Shown here one piece after another: positions 1 to 8,214 of a stretch of 64,000 nt of DNA. The stretch lies in IMG/VR virus record IMGVR_UViG_3300027777_000023, positions 32,001 through 96,000 of that record; one strand, 5' to 3'. The notes under the pieces were generated by a model, which searched no databases, was not told where the DNA came from, and saw nothing but the letters and a program-made list of their open reading frames with translations. Positions within the stretch are counted from its first letter, which is position 1, and each line of letters begins with the position of its first letter. The position numbers and the translations under genes are program-made. The DNA is from a virus.

Positions 1-312
1 CATTGACTTCGCCCCTTCGGTTGAAGAAGCTGATGCAGTCCTCGCCACCTTCGGGTACGCGGACGCTGATGCGATCCTCGCTGCCTAAGGAGTGCCTGGA
101 ATTGATTGTCTGCTATTTTCCAGGGTAACACGCAGCAGACTGGTTTGTGGGAGTATTGAATCCTACTCCACATAACGAGATAATGGATAATCGAGAAGTC
201 GTAGCCTGCTTGTTGGCGCCGTCTTCTCTAAATAAAAATAACATAGCTAAACGTGTAGAGGTTTATAGTGAAGGCGTTCAGGACAGGGGTTCAACTCCCC
301 TCGGGTCCACCA
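1..312 (+). ncRNA. ssrA: tmRNA, 5' end outside window
   Basis: 3' end GGAC-AGGGG-TTCAACT-CCCCT-CGGGTCC-A-CCA gives T-arm, acceptor strand with the U of the G3:U70 alanine determinant, and encoded CCA (310-312); upstream reading frame ends in LAA-stop. Confidence 0.93.
2..88 (+). other. tmRNA tag reading frame (partial): IDFAPSVEEADAVLATFGYADADAILAA*
   Basis: Open frame ending in the typical degron LAA then TAA, about 220 nt upstream of the tmRNA 3' end; resume codon outside window. Confidence 0.85.
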
Positions 313-317
313 CTTTT

Positions 318-585
318 AGGGGTGAAGCTTAATGGTATAAGCAGGCGACTCATAAAAATTGTGCATTATAACGAGAAATCATATAATGAATGATGTCAAA
401 TTCGGTGAAACCTAAAACAGAAATGTTAAGGCAACGCCGAGCGAAGCCTCGAAAGAGGAACGTGTAGAGACTTGACGGCATCCTCCTAAGGCGCAAGCTA
501 AGGAGAAGACAAAGTCCAGGGAGTGAGGAAACTCACACAAACCTAAATCGCTCGACAGTGGGTTCGATCCCCATCACCCCTACCA
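318..585 (+). tRNA. trnI: tRNA-Ile2 (anticodon CAU, lysidine type), exons 318-353 and 546-585
   Basis: Acceptor AGGGGTG/CACCCCT-A-CCA; D-arm GCTT/AAGC; anticodon stem GGCGA/TCGCT with loop CTCAT|AA; T-arm GTGGG-TTCGATC-CCCAT; anticodon arm GCAGGCGACTCATAATCGCT matches the bacterial Ile2 type. Confidence 0.9.
354..545 (+). mobile_element. Group I intron (Azoarcus-like, IC3) at tRNA position 36/37, 192 nt, no ORF
   Basis: P1 CAT(351-353)/GTG(361-363) with U.G; P7 G-A-GACTT(467-473)/AAGTCC(512-517); P9 GTGAG-GAAA-CTCAC; P10 ATT(358-360)/AAT(546-548); core motifs GTCAAATTCGG and GCAACGCCGAGC. Confidence 0.92.
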
Positions 586-1097
586 TTTATCTCGCCTAAC
601 GTGAGCAGATTGTGGTCAAATTCCCAATGACAGTTAGGACACAGGAATAGTATGTTTTCCCTGGCGTTAACTGTCTTTAGTTTGGTTTTTTTGGGAAAAG
701 AAGAAATAGGGCGGATATGACAAATCTCGATATGTTTGTTGTAGCCGCACCGCTGGCACAAAGGATTGGTCTTCTCTGCTTTATATAGGCTATTGGCATG
801 ACCTCGAATTTGATCATAGTGGTTCGCTCCTTTTCTTGCCGCGATTTCTTCTATGGTTGCTTCATTTCTATCTTTACCTTGTAGATGCTTTTTGTGTGCG
901 ATACAGGCATCGCAAAAGACATTAAGTCTACCGTATTTGTTCGGGTACAAGATAATTTCACAACCTTTACAAATCTTAGACCGAGTTGACCGTCTTTTTG
1001 GTTTAATTGTATTGTTGTGTCTAGCGGCACAGCGCCTACTACAAAACTTTTTTTGATCTCTGGTCTTTAACTTTGTGGTGCAGGTGATGCAATTCAT
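543..1097 (-). CDS. Free-standing HNH endonuclease with N-terminal Zn-finger-like CxxC..FCSxxC repeats
   Basis: CQRCG..HI..N..LCPNCH motifs; last codons overlap tRNA exon 2 in antisense. Confidence 0.8.
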   Translation of the reverse strand: MNCITCTTKLKTRDQKKFCSRRCAARHNNTIKPKRRSTRSKICKGCEIILYPNKYGRLNVFCDACIAHKKHLQGKDRNEATIEEIAARKGANHYDQIRGHANSLYKAEKTNPLCQRCGYNKHIEICHIRPISSFPKKTKLKTVNARENILFLCPNCHWEFDHNLLTLGEINGRGDGDRTHCRAI

Positions 1098-1126
1098 ATA
1101 ATTATTTATTATTTGGGTTAGGGTTG

Positions 1127-1168
1127 CCCCAACTACTTCACTATATTTGTGAGGTAGTTGGGGTTTTT
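1127..1168 (+). terminator. Intrinsic terminator
   Basis: CCCCAACTACTTCAC/GTGAGGTAGTTGGGG stem followed by TTTTT. Confidence 0.75.
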
Positions 1169-2467
1169 CTAGACCTCATTTTCTTTAGCTGGTGCCTGTG
1201 CAACGATTTTTACGTTGTGGCAGGTGAGCTGAATCATAGTCATTAGTTGTCTAATGTACTTCTCATTTATGAACGGTATACCTATACCTAGATTAAGAAA
1301 CATCTTTCGTATGCCTTTAGCAAACAGAAAACAACTCACAAAATATCTATCCTCCATCTCAAACGGTACAGCATGCTCTTCAAAATAGACCATGCCGCAC
1401 CAAACAAACTCATCCTCATTTTTTTTACGTATCTCTTTAATATCTAATGTGAAGTTTGTGAGTTGTTCTTCTTCACGTTTACCTACAAGGAAATAGGCTT
1501 TGTCTCTTTTAATATATGTTCTGCCTTGCACAGTAAATTGCTGTTCTCGGCTTTTCATCCAGCTGTCCATCAGTTTTTGCCCACTCAGTTTTTCAAGTTC
1601 TAATACTTGGCTGTAGTTGAGCATTTGTAGATGGTTTCGCAAATCATCATTTCCTTGTTTGCCTATAAGCAACTCGGTAAGATCTTCAGTAAATAAAGAA
1701 TGATTGTTCTCACTCCAGATTTTGATTAGCTGTTCTGTAGTAAGCATAGTGGATAATTTGACCGGTGTGTTGTTCCAGTAGTCGTTTTTATAGTTCCATG
1801 TATTGCCCTGCTTTATTTTAAGCTCTTCAATATTACGAACGATCTCAACGCCGGATTTACCATACCAGCCATATTCACAGTTTAGAAACAATGTTTCACG
1901 CTCATTCATATCGTTTAGCTTGGCGAGCTCTAAAGAGCAAATATGCTTGGGTGAACAGAACGAGGGTATAACTATAGTCTTTTTGTATTTATACTTTCGA
2001 TCCAAAGACAAGTTAGGAAAAGCTTTTAGAACTTTTTCAGTGATATAGCCAATCTTATTGTTCAGCAGCTCAGGCATACCCATATCGTTCAAGATGTCTC
2101 TAAAATACAAAACTTTATCATGGTATCTCGCCCGGCTGGTCTGCGCTTCCTGAGCACTCATCAACCACAAGGCCTGATACTGCATTATTCTGGTCTGATC
2201 TTTAAAAAGATTCTTTTCAGCATACTCACTATAGGGTAAACTGAAGTCAAAACAATCACTGAAGTCTCTGCATATTATTCGATACAATCTGCTCCAATCA
2301 CCTATAGGAAAAAAATCGAATATGTTTCCAACAAAATCACTGGTCTTGGAACGAGCATACCAACCAAACATAGGCACACGAACGAAATCAAAATCGGCCG
2401 AACTTCCACCTAGTTTAGACACAACACTAGGTAGGTTTATTTTTGAATTGAAAGAATTTAACAACAT
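1169..2467 (-). CDS. Hypothetical 432-aa protein, possibly degenerate primase-like
   Basis: Long ORF; weak resemblance only (GNIFDF, IVIP, TNF motifs). Confidence 0.6.
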   Translation of the reverse strand: MLLNSFNSKINLPSVVSKLGGSSADFDFVRVPMFGWYARSKTSDFVGNIFDFFPIGDWSRLYRIICRDFSDCFDFSLPYSEYAEKNLFKDQTRIMQYQALWLMSAQEAQTSRARYHDKVLYFRDILNDMGMPELLNNKIGYITEKVLKAFPNLSLDRKYKYKKTIVIPSFCSPKHICSLELAKLNDMNERETLFLNCEYGWYGKSGVEIVRNIEELKIKQGNTWNYKNDYWNNTPVKLSTMLTTEQLIKIWSENNHSLFTEDLTELLIGKQGNDDLRNHLQMLNYSQVLELEKLSGQKLMDSWMKSREQQFTVQGRTYIKRDKAYFLVGKREEEQLTNFTLDIKEIRKKNEDEFVWCGMVYFEEHAVPFEMEDRYFVSCFLFAKGIRKMFLNLGIGIPFINEKYIRQLMTMIQLTCHNVKIVAQAPAKENEV

Positions 2468-2485
2468 AGTATAATAAAATTAATT

Positions 2486-3547
2486 ATGAGTATTTACAAC
2501 TTTGATGCAAGCACAGACTATTCAGGCAAAGAACTATACAACATCACAGCCCATGTAGACTTACCTGAGTACGTTAAGACTGCAGAGGTAGACGACAGCG
2601 TCGAGCTTCGGAAGCTACCTAAAACGGCTTTTGCTGATAGTGAGCGGATGATATATCCCATTAATAGTCCATCTAGAGTTTATGTGAGTAACGCTTACTT
2701 CATGAATAAGCGCGCTGATATAGTTAAACTATACGGAGAAGACTATGCAGGTCAACTACAAAGCAACATTGAAAAGGCTGCTGAGATCTTTGAAATCTCT
2801 GAAGATTTGGTAGATTACAATCGCAGCTTTAATGAGAAGCAAGCATCTGACTATGTGGAAAACTACATGGTAGATTTTAATGTTTCTGGTATGAGTGTCC
2901 CTGTGCAGCTTTATCCTGTAAAGACTGCGCAAGATCTTTCTGAGTCTGCCGAAGCATTCACCAAGAACATCAGCAAATTCCCGTTCGACATCAGGGTTAA
3001 ATCTGCTGAAAACTTTGTCAAGGCAGCCGGAGAACTAGGAGTTGATGATTTGCCTGAGCTGCTTTTGAAGTATGCTGGGATGTATTATCCTGACCTCACC
3101 AATCTGTCTAACGAAATTTGGCGTAGAAGCACAAAGCTCACTAAAGAAGCCCATAAGAAGGTTTATGAAAGCATAAGCAAAGACCTCAGCAACATGACAG
3201 ACCTGAAAGAAGTGATGAAGGTCGCTGAAGTGCTTTTCGACATCGAGAACATGGAAGGTCTTTACGACAATGTAAAAGTTGCACAGATTCTTGGAGACCC
3301 TGTGGATCGTATCTTCACAGAACAGATCACTAAGATTGCATCAGATTTGAGCTACGTCGAGGTTCATGGTGATAAGTATAAGCTGGACGATCTCACAAAG
3401 ATCAGCAAAGATCAGTATGAAGAAGCATTCGGCGATTGTGGAATTGACCCCTCGAGCCCAGAGAAGATCGCAGACATTCTTCCTACAATGCCAAGAAGCG
3501 ATGTAAAGCTTCTTGAAGAAATTACAGGACTTCGACCAATTAACTAA
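2486..3547 (+). CDS. Hypothetical 353-aa acidic protein rich in K-x-A motifs; candidate virion head protein
   Basis: Long ORF, TATAAT at 2470-2475 upstream; 14 K-x-A occurrences counted by hand. Confidence 0.65.
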   Translation: MSIYNFDASTDYSGKELYNITAHVDLPEYVKTAEVDDSVELRKLPKTAFADSERMIYPINSPSRVYVSNAYFMNKRADIVKLYGEDYAGQLQSNIEKAAEIFEISEDLVDYNRSFNEKQASDYVENYMVDFNVSGMSVPVQLYPVKTAQDLSESAEAFTKNISKFPFDIRVKSAENFVKAAGELGVDDLPELLLKYAGMYYPDLTNLSNEIWRRSTKLTKEAHKKVYESISKDLSNMTDLKEVMKVAEVLFDIENMEGLYDNVKVAQILGDPVDRIFTEQITKIASDLSYVEVHGDKYKLDDLTKISKDQYEEAFGDCGIDPSSPEKIADILPTMPRSDVKLLEEITGLRPIN

Positions 3548-3553
3548 TCATAT

Positions 3554-3778
3554 ATGCCAAATCCGGATCCTCAATATGTTGCAGCATTTAAAGCCAGTTC
3601 TAAAAGATATGGTGCTAGTGAAGAGCAGATTACAGAATTGTTGAACGCCACACTAGCTATGCATGAAAAGCTGCTAGAGATGGAGCATCTTTCTGTACCG
3701 GTTACACCCCACGAAGAAACATCCACATCAATTCCTGTAGCTGTAGAAACTGCGGAAACGTCGCACCAGGACATATAA
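3554..3778 (+). CDS. Hypothetical protein
   Basis: Follows previous gene by 6 nt, ends before a terminator. Confidence 0.6.
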   Translation: MPNPDPQYVAAFKASSKRYGASEEQITELLNATLAMHEKLLEMEHLSVPVTPHEETSTSIPVAVETAETSHQDI

Positions 3779-3801
3779 ACTAGCTATAATATTAACTTAA
3801 C

Positions 3802-3831
3802 AAGCCCGGACTAATCCTCCGGGCTTTTTTT
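3802..3831 (+). terminator. Intrinsic terminator
   Basis: AAGCCCGGA/TCCGGGCTT stem followed by T-run. Confidence 0.85.
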
Positions 3832-4389
3832 ATGTTTACGAAAGACGACGTACACCTACTCTGGCAAGAAAGTAAATACCTAAAGAAACGCGGAATCGAG
3901 CCGCATGGACATCACAATCAAACAACGATGTATAACGAGGCGATGCGTACAGGAAAACCTGTAATCGTCAATGTTAGTAATTTGGTAAGATACACAAGAC
4001 AATATCTGAAGCGTTTTGAATTTAATTTTTTTATTTTGAGAAGATACTTTGATGACGAACCCCGGACCGTTGTTGACAGAAATGATTATCGGATCACGGC
4101 AACAAATCCTATATTAGCACTATACAGACCATCACTAGAATTCAGCTCGATCAAGATCGTGCAGCCGTTGGAAGAGCAGATAATAGATGAAACCCAATGG
4201 GCGCATACCTCACCGCACACGATATCAAGAAAACCCCGAGTAACGTTAAAACCACCATTTGGTGTGGACTATCGAACTAGAGCAGAAGATAGTATACCGA
4301 TCGAACACGTCATGACATGGATGCCTACTATTAACACTGCATATGAGGCGGTAGCCGCCCAATTCTTCAAGGATGGGGTGCTGGTGTAG
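3832..4389 (+). CDS. Hypothetical protein
   Basis: 185-aa ORF, no motif recognised. Confidence 0.65.
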   Translation: MFTKDDVHLLWQESKYLKKRGIEPHGHHNQTTMYNEAMRTGKPVIVNVSNLVRYTRQYLKRFEFNFFILRRYFDDEPRTVVDRNDYRITATNPILALYRPSLEFSSIKIVQPLEEQIIDETQWAHTSPHTISRKPRVTLKPPFGVDYRTRAEDSIPIEHVMTWMPTINTAYEAVAAQFFKDGVLV

Positions 4390-4427
4390 CAGGGATATTC
4401 CAGGTAGACCTAGGGGTCATAACAAAC

Positions 4428-4433
4428 TATAAT
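4428..4433 (+). promoter_or_regulatory. -10 box, probable leaderless promoter
   Basis: TATAAT 6 nt before ATG 4440. Confidence 0.5.
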
Positions 4434-4439
4434 TAAAGG

Positions 4440-4988
4440 ATGAAGACTAAAAAAGAAATACTATCCGACGACAAATCACCAGCCATCGCACTCCTTCGAT
4501 TAACGATCAAGGAATACGGTAACGAATGCTTTGAGTGGGAACCTTTGGTTTTGAAAGCTGAACTGCAGCGTGATTTTGATTGCGAACTATCAGACACGCA
4601 ATCAGATAAGCTGCAGGCAGCAATCACACTTCTCACAACAGACACCTATGAGAATTTCATAAGTGTGTTTGAGACGTTCAACCATTTGTTCAATCATCAG
4701 CATGCTCACCTGGAAGAGTTAGACCCATTAGAAGCTGAGGAGCTGATACTGGGACTCACAGAGGCATATTTGATTCGTGGTGAATCTTTAGACTTTTCTC
4801 CCGAAGTTAGAGTGTACGCTGGTCAAATATTCCACGACTATGGAATGCATAAACCTCCAACATTATTCCCAGAAGCAATTATGCGGGAGCGTGATGGTAG
4901 CGATACAGAAAAGAACGAAGCTCTTCAAGAGATCTTCGATGAAAAAATCAAAATAGTAGAAGCATATTTAAAACAATGCACAAATTAA
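4440..4988 (+). CDS. Hypothetical helical protein
   Basis: 182-aa ORF overlapping the next gene. Confidence 0.7.
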   Translation: MKTKKEILSDDKSPAIALLRLTIKEYGNECFEWEPLVLKAELQRDFDCELSDTQSDKLQAAITLLTTDTYENFISVFETFNHLFNHQHAHLEELDPLEAEELILGLTEAYLIRGESLDFSPEVRVYAGQIFHDYGMHKPPTLFPEAIMRERDGSDTEKNEALQEIFDEKIKIVEAYLKQCTN

Positions 4989-6130
4989 ACAATCGTGAAA
5001 CTATAGGCAACAGCTTTTATGCAAAGCCTGGAGACTCACATTCAAAGAGACTAGAGTATGTATACAACCATATTCATGGCGTTCTTCCAACAATGCTTAG
5101 TTTTTCTGATGAGTTCGAGATGACTTGTCTGGCACCTATTGAGGAAAACTTTGAATTGTTCTGCTCTACACTAAATAAAGTGGGAGACAGGCTATTAGAG
5201 GAAGGTGTATGGATAGGTAAAGACGATACAATATACGAGGGTATTTTCCTGAACATAGCCTATAAAACCCAAGATGGGCATAGATTATTCTACGACAATA
5301 CCATAATCATGCACGGAGGACCGGTACTATCAGACAAGGAAAAGGCTCTACAAGACCTTACTGTGGGTGTGCGTGTGGCATGTCGTGATAAAGAGCATAC
5401 AAAGGTAATCATCGACTTGCTTGAGCAGCATAAGCTTAAAGATAAGGCAAAGATATATATGCTCGCCAACAGTTATGGTGACCTAGCATTCACTGCGCTA
5501 CCCATGCCTGAGGTTTCTATGAATCTTGAGTTAAACTATGGGGAAAGTTTCCCAGAGCTGCATGAGAAGATTGTGAATAGTCTGAATAACGATAAGTCTG
5601 GCTTGTACCTATTCCATGGCCCTCCAGGCACAGGCAAGTCCTCTTATGTGAAGCATCTGTTGTCTGGTGAGGTAAAAAGAAAGATTGCCTATATCCCTGT
5701 GGGTATGATTAATCAGTTGGTAAGCCCAGACATGATTCCTCTGCTTATGGAAAACAAGGATATTATTCTTGTGATTGAAGATGCCGAGAAAGCATTATTG
5801 TCCAGAGAGACATCTGAGAACTCAGACGTTGTATCCACGATTCTGAATCTCACAGACGGCTTCATCGGTAATGCACTAAACATCAGTGTCGTCGCTACCT
5901 TTAACGTAGAAAAGGAAAAGCTCGATGCTGCGTTGTTGCGTAAGGGTAGATTGCGGCATAGCTATGAGTTCAAAAAGCTCACGGTAGAACAATCCAAACG
6001 TCTGGCAGAGTCCATTGGTGCAGACAGCAGCAAAGTAACAGAAGACAGTACACTAGCAGACATCTACAATATGGAAGTAGATACAGGCTACGTTGCACCT
6101 GTAGTGCGTCGGGTGGGCTTTGGGGCCTAG
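4976..6130 (+). CDS. AAA+ ATPase (single domain, N-terminal extension)
   Basis: Walker A GPPGTGKS, Walker B LVIEDAE, sensor TFN, SRH DAALLRKGR, C-terminal RRVGF tail. Confidence 0.9.
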   Translation: MHKLNNRETIGNSFYAKPGDSHSKRLEYVYNHIHGVLPTMLSFSDEFEMTCLAPIEENFELFCSTLNKVGDRLLEEGVWIGKDDTIYEGIFLNIAYKTQDGHRLFYDNTIIMHGGPVLSDKEKALQDLTVGVRVACRDKEHTKVIIDLLEQHKLKDKAKIYMLANSYGDLAFTALPMPEVSMNLELNYGESFPELHEKIVNSLNNDKSGLYLFHGPPGTGKSSYVKHLLSGEVKRKIAYIPVGMINQLVSPDMIPLLMENKDIILVIEDAEKALLSRETSENSDVVSTILNLTDGFIGNALNISVVATFNVEKEKLDAALLRKGRLRHSYEFKKLTVEQSKRLAESIGADSSKVTEDSTLADIYNMEVDTGYVAPVVRRVGFGA

Positions 6131-7851
6131 CCGTTAAGGAACATATCGTTCGACGACGAGCTTGGGCCGGTGAGACCAGCATCCCCAATAGCCATATATG
6201 CCGCGCATAGTGAAAATACAAGGCTGTGCATAGCATCATCTGGCTGTTTGGGGTGATGGTCGTAGACTAGTTCTTGACCATACAGACCGTCCCGGACTTC
6301 GATAAATACGTTCATAATGTCTTGCATATAGTCAGACACATCATCCCATTGTGGGAATAGTATTTTGCCTGCTTTAAGCTGGCGAATAACTAGTGATATA
6401 ACGTCTGATCTGTGCAGCACCCAGCGGTTCTGTCTCCAGTCGTATTTGCCCGAGTCAAAATACTGCACAACCTTACTGCGTCTATAGGCAGCTAATTGAG
6501 ATCTCTGAGGACTTGTGAGTTCACATAGCTTGATTCCTCGTATAGGGTCAGGACCTGAGTCACTAACACAAAAGGCACCTACACCATTAGCCCGGTCAGC
6601 AATGTCTCTGATGTGTGCCTCATGATCAAACCCTCGATATACTTTAGCGAAAAAAACCTCAAATACTCCATCAGAACGAACTGCCCCCATGGTCGCAACT
6701 GTACGAGATTGTGCCATACTAACCCCCCAGTCGACCCCCATAGTATAAACACGATAATCGCTTTTATTTTTATTTAAAATAGTTAAGTTGTTTTCGTTAC
6801 CAGCCTCAAATTGTGGACCTAGCACGCAGAGCTTAAGTAGCTCCTCTTTCGCGATTGGTTTTGATCCTATATCATATGTGAGGCCGAAAGTTTCATTCAT
6901 GATCACGCGCATCTCGTTTTTACCGCTATGCACCTTTTCATAGATTTCCTTCCATTCTTTGGGGTCTTCGTTGAAATGAGGCAACAAGGGTTGAGCAAGA
7001 TGATAGCCAGTTAACAAAGAATTGCTAGGATTCATACTCACCCATTCACCATCTCTAGAACTTATAATCTTACTACACTTACTGCAACTAAACCCGTGAG
7101 GCTGAATCATCTTTAATGGATCATTACCTTCCGTTAAAGAATTCCAATGATTGCATCCTGTGCACTTCATCATCCATTCAAGTTGATTGCTTGAGTTCCA
7201 TATTCTCTGAATTGTATTTGTAGAATCCAGTGGGGTTCCTGCAAATATTTCTCGTTTGTATGGACTCATCGCCATCGTTTCTTGAATGATCGGTATTTGA
7301 TCATATTCAATGTTTTGAATTTCGTCGTACACGACCTCATCAATAGCCGGACCACGAGTTCTTGTAGCATCATCACTTACATATCTAAACAACACACTAC
7401 TATGCGTATCATCCAAAATCTTTTCAAACACATCATTTTTAAACCATCCTTTTACCAACAAATTTTTAATCTTTGGGCTCTCAAACCTGGGAGGAATATA
7501 ATTACTTGAGAAATACTTAGTAGTTAGCTCCTGGGGCCCGACGTACATCATTTTAAAATAATTCCATCTAATCAAATTAAGACAAATAATGTTACTAATC
7601 AGTGTACTCTTTAGAGTTTTACGACTGCATTTAAGTAACAACTTCTGAGGCATATTATCATAAATATGCTTTAGCATCGGGAAAGCATCCAATTTTTGCA
7701 GCCGCCCTTCATTATCATACAAGTAGTTCTCGACAAAATGAGAGGGAGGCAGTACCGAGAAAATAAGCTGTCGAGCAAGAAACGCAGACTTCGGATTATT
7801 TTTCCGAAGCAGTTTCTCAATAGTGTCTGTAATTTTATTATGGGTAGTCAT
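6127..7851 (-). CDS. terL: Terminase large subunit (GpA-like ATPase plus RNase H-like nuclease)
   Basis: Walker A-like SRKTLKST, Walker B VVYDEIQ, GTP coupling motif, Zn-ribbon CTGC..CSKC, nuclease GVDWG and DDAMHS; ATG 7851 preferred over 7890. Confidence 0.88.
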   Translation of the reverse strand: MTTHNKITDTIEKLLRKNNPKSAFLARQLIFSVLPPSHFVENYLYDNEGRLQKLDAFPMLKHIYDNMPQKLLLKCSRKTLKSTLISNIICLNLIRWNYFKMMYVGPQELTTKYFSSNYIPPRFESPKIKNLLVKGWFKNDVFEKILDDTHSSVLFRYVSDDATRTRGPAIDEVVYDEIQNIEYDQIPIIQETMAMSPYKREIFAGTPLDSTNTIQRIWNSSNQLEWMMKCTGCNHWNSLTEGNDPLKMIQPHGFSCSKCSKIISSRDGEWVSMNPSNSLLTGYHLAQPLLPHFNEDPKEWKEIYEKVHSGKNEMRVIMNETFGLTYDIGSKPIAKEELLKLCVLGPQFEAGNENNLTILNKNKSDYRVYTMGVDWGVSMAQSRTVATMGAVRSDGVFEVFFAKVYRGFDHEAHIRDIADRANGVGAFCVSDSGPDPIRGIKLCELTSPQRSQLAAYRRSKVVQYFDSGKYDWRQNRWVLHRSDVISLVIRQLKAGKILFPQWDDVSDYMQDIMNVFIEVRDGLYGQELVYDHHPKQPDDAMHSLVFSLCAAYMAIGDAGLTGPSSSSNDMFLNG

Positions 7852-8013
7852 TATCGCAACAGGAAAAAAAATAACAAAGAAATCAACCAAACCGCGCCGA
7901 ATGCGCTGTTCGACTTTTTCGCAGGCTCACTAGATGCTCTAGCCAGTATCTTTTATAGTGGAGATAACAGCAAGATAAAAAAGCATTATAGGGTCTACAA
8001 GCCGAAACGTTAG

Positions 8014-8022
8014 TGCTATAAT
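8014..8022 (+). promoter_or_regulatory. Extended -10 promoter (TGCTATAAT)
   Basis: TGnTATAAT 9 nt before ATG 8032, divergent from terL. Confidence 0.6.
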
Positions 8023-8031
8023 GGTCCTATC

Positions 8032-8214
8032 ATGAGTAAGACCATTCGCAAATATCAAGTTAGAGATAAAAGCAAACGCTACGAACGCGTCGAAAAAGTT
8101 GAATTCGAGGGCCGGTATTACACCGATGTAGCAAAATCACATGACAGGAAAATTAGAAAAAAGGGGCTTGAAAACAGCCGTACCGAGGACGAAGCAGAGT
8201 ACCCTGAAGACTAG
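8032..8214 (+). CDS. Small charged hypothetical protein
   Basis: 60-aa ORF directly behind a promoter. Confidence 0.55.
   Translation: MSKTIRKYQVRDKSKRYERVEKVEFEGRYYTDVAKSHDRKIRKKGLENSRTEDEAEYPED

Noticed and set aside
147-332. 61-aa ORF in the track
   Set aside because: Lies across the tmRNA 3' domain and the tRNA 5' end; shadow ORF.
349-552. Alternative splice giving a CUA (amber suppressor) anticodon: exon 1 ending at U350, exon 2 starting CTAAA at 543
   Set aside because: P1 (CAT/GTG) and P10 both fix the 36/37 site, the base before 543 is C, and the arm matches Ile2.
7282-8013. Plus-strand ORFs 7282-7509 and 7696-8013
   Set aside because: Antisense to terL or running over its promoter region; no coding signal recognised.
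8157-8163. In-frame A_AAA_AAG slippery site in the 60-aa ORF as a way to fuse it to the AT-hook ORF
   Set aside because: The -1 frame hits TGA three codons later; the AT-hook ORF is in the +1 frame.
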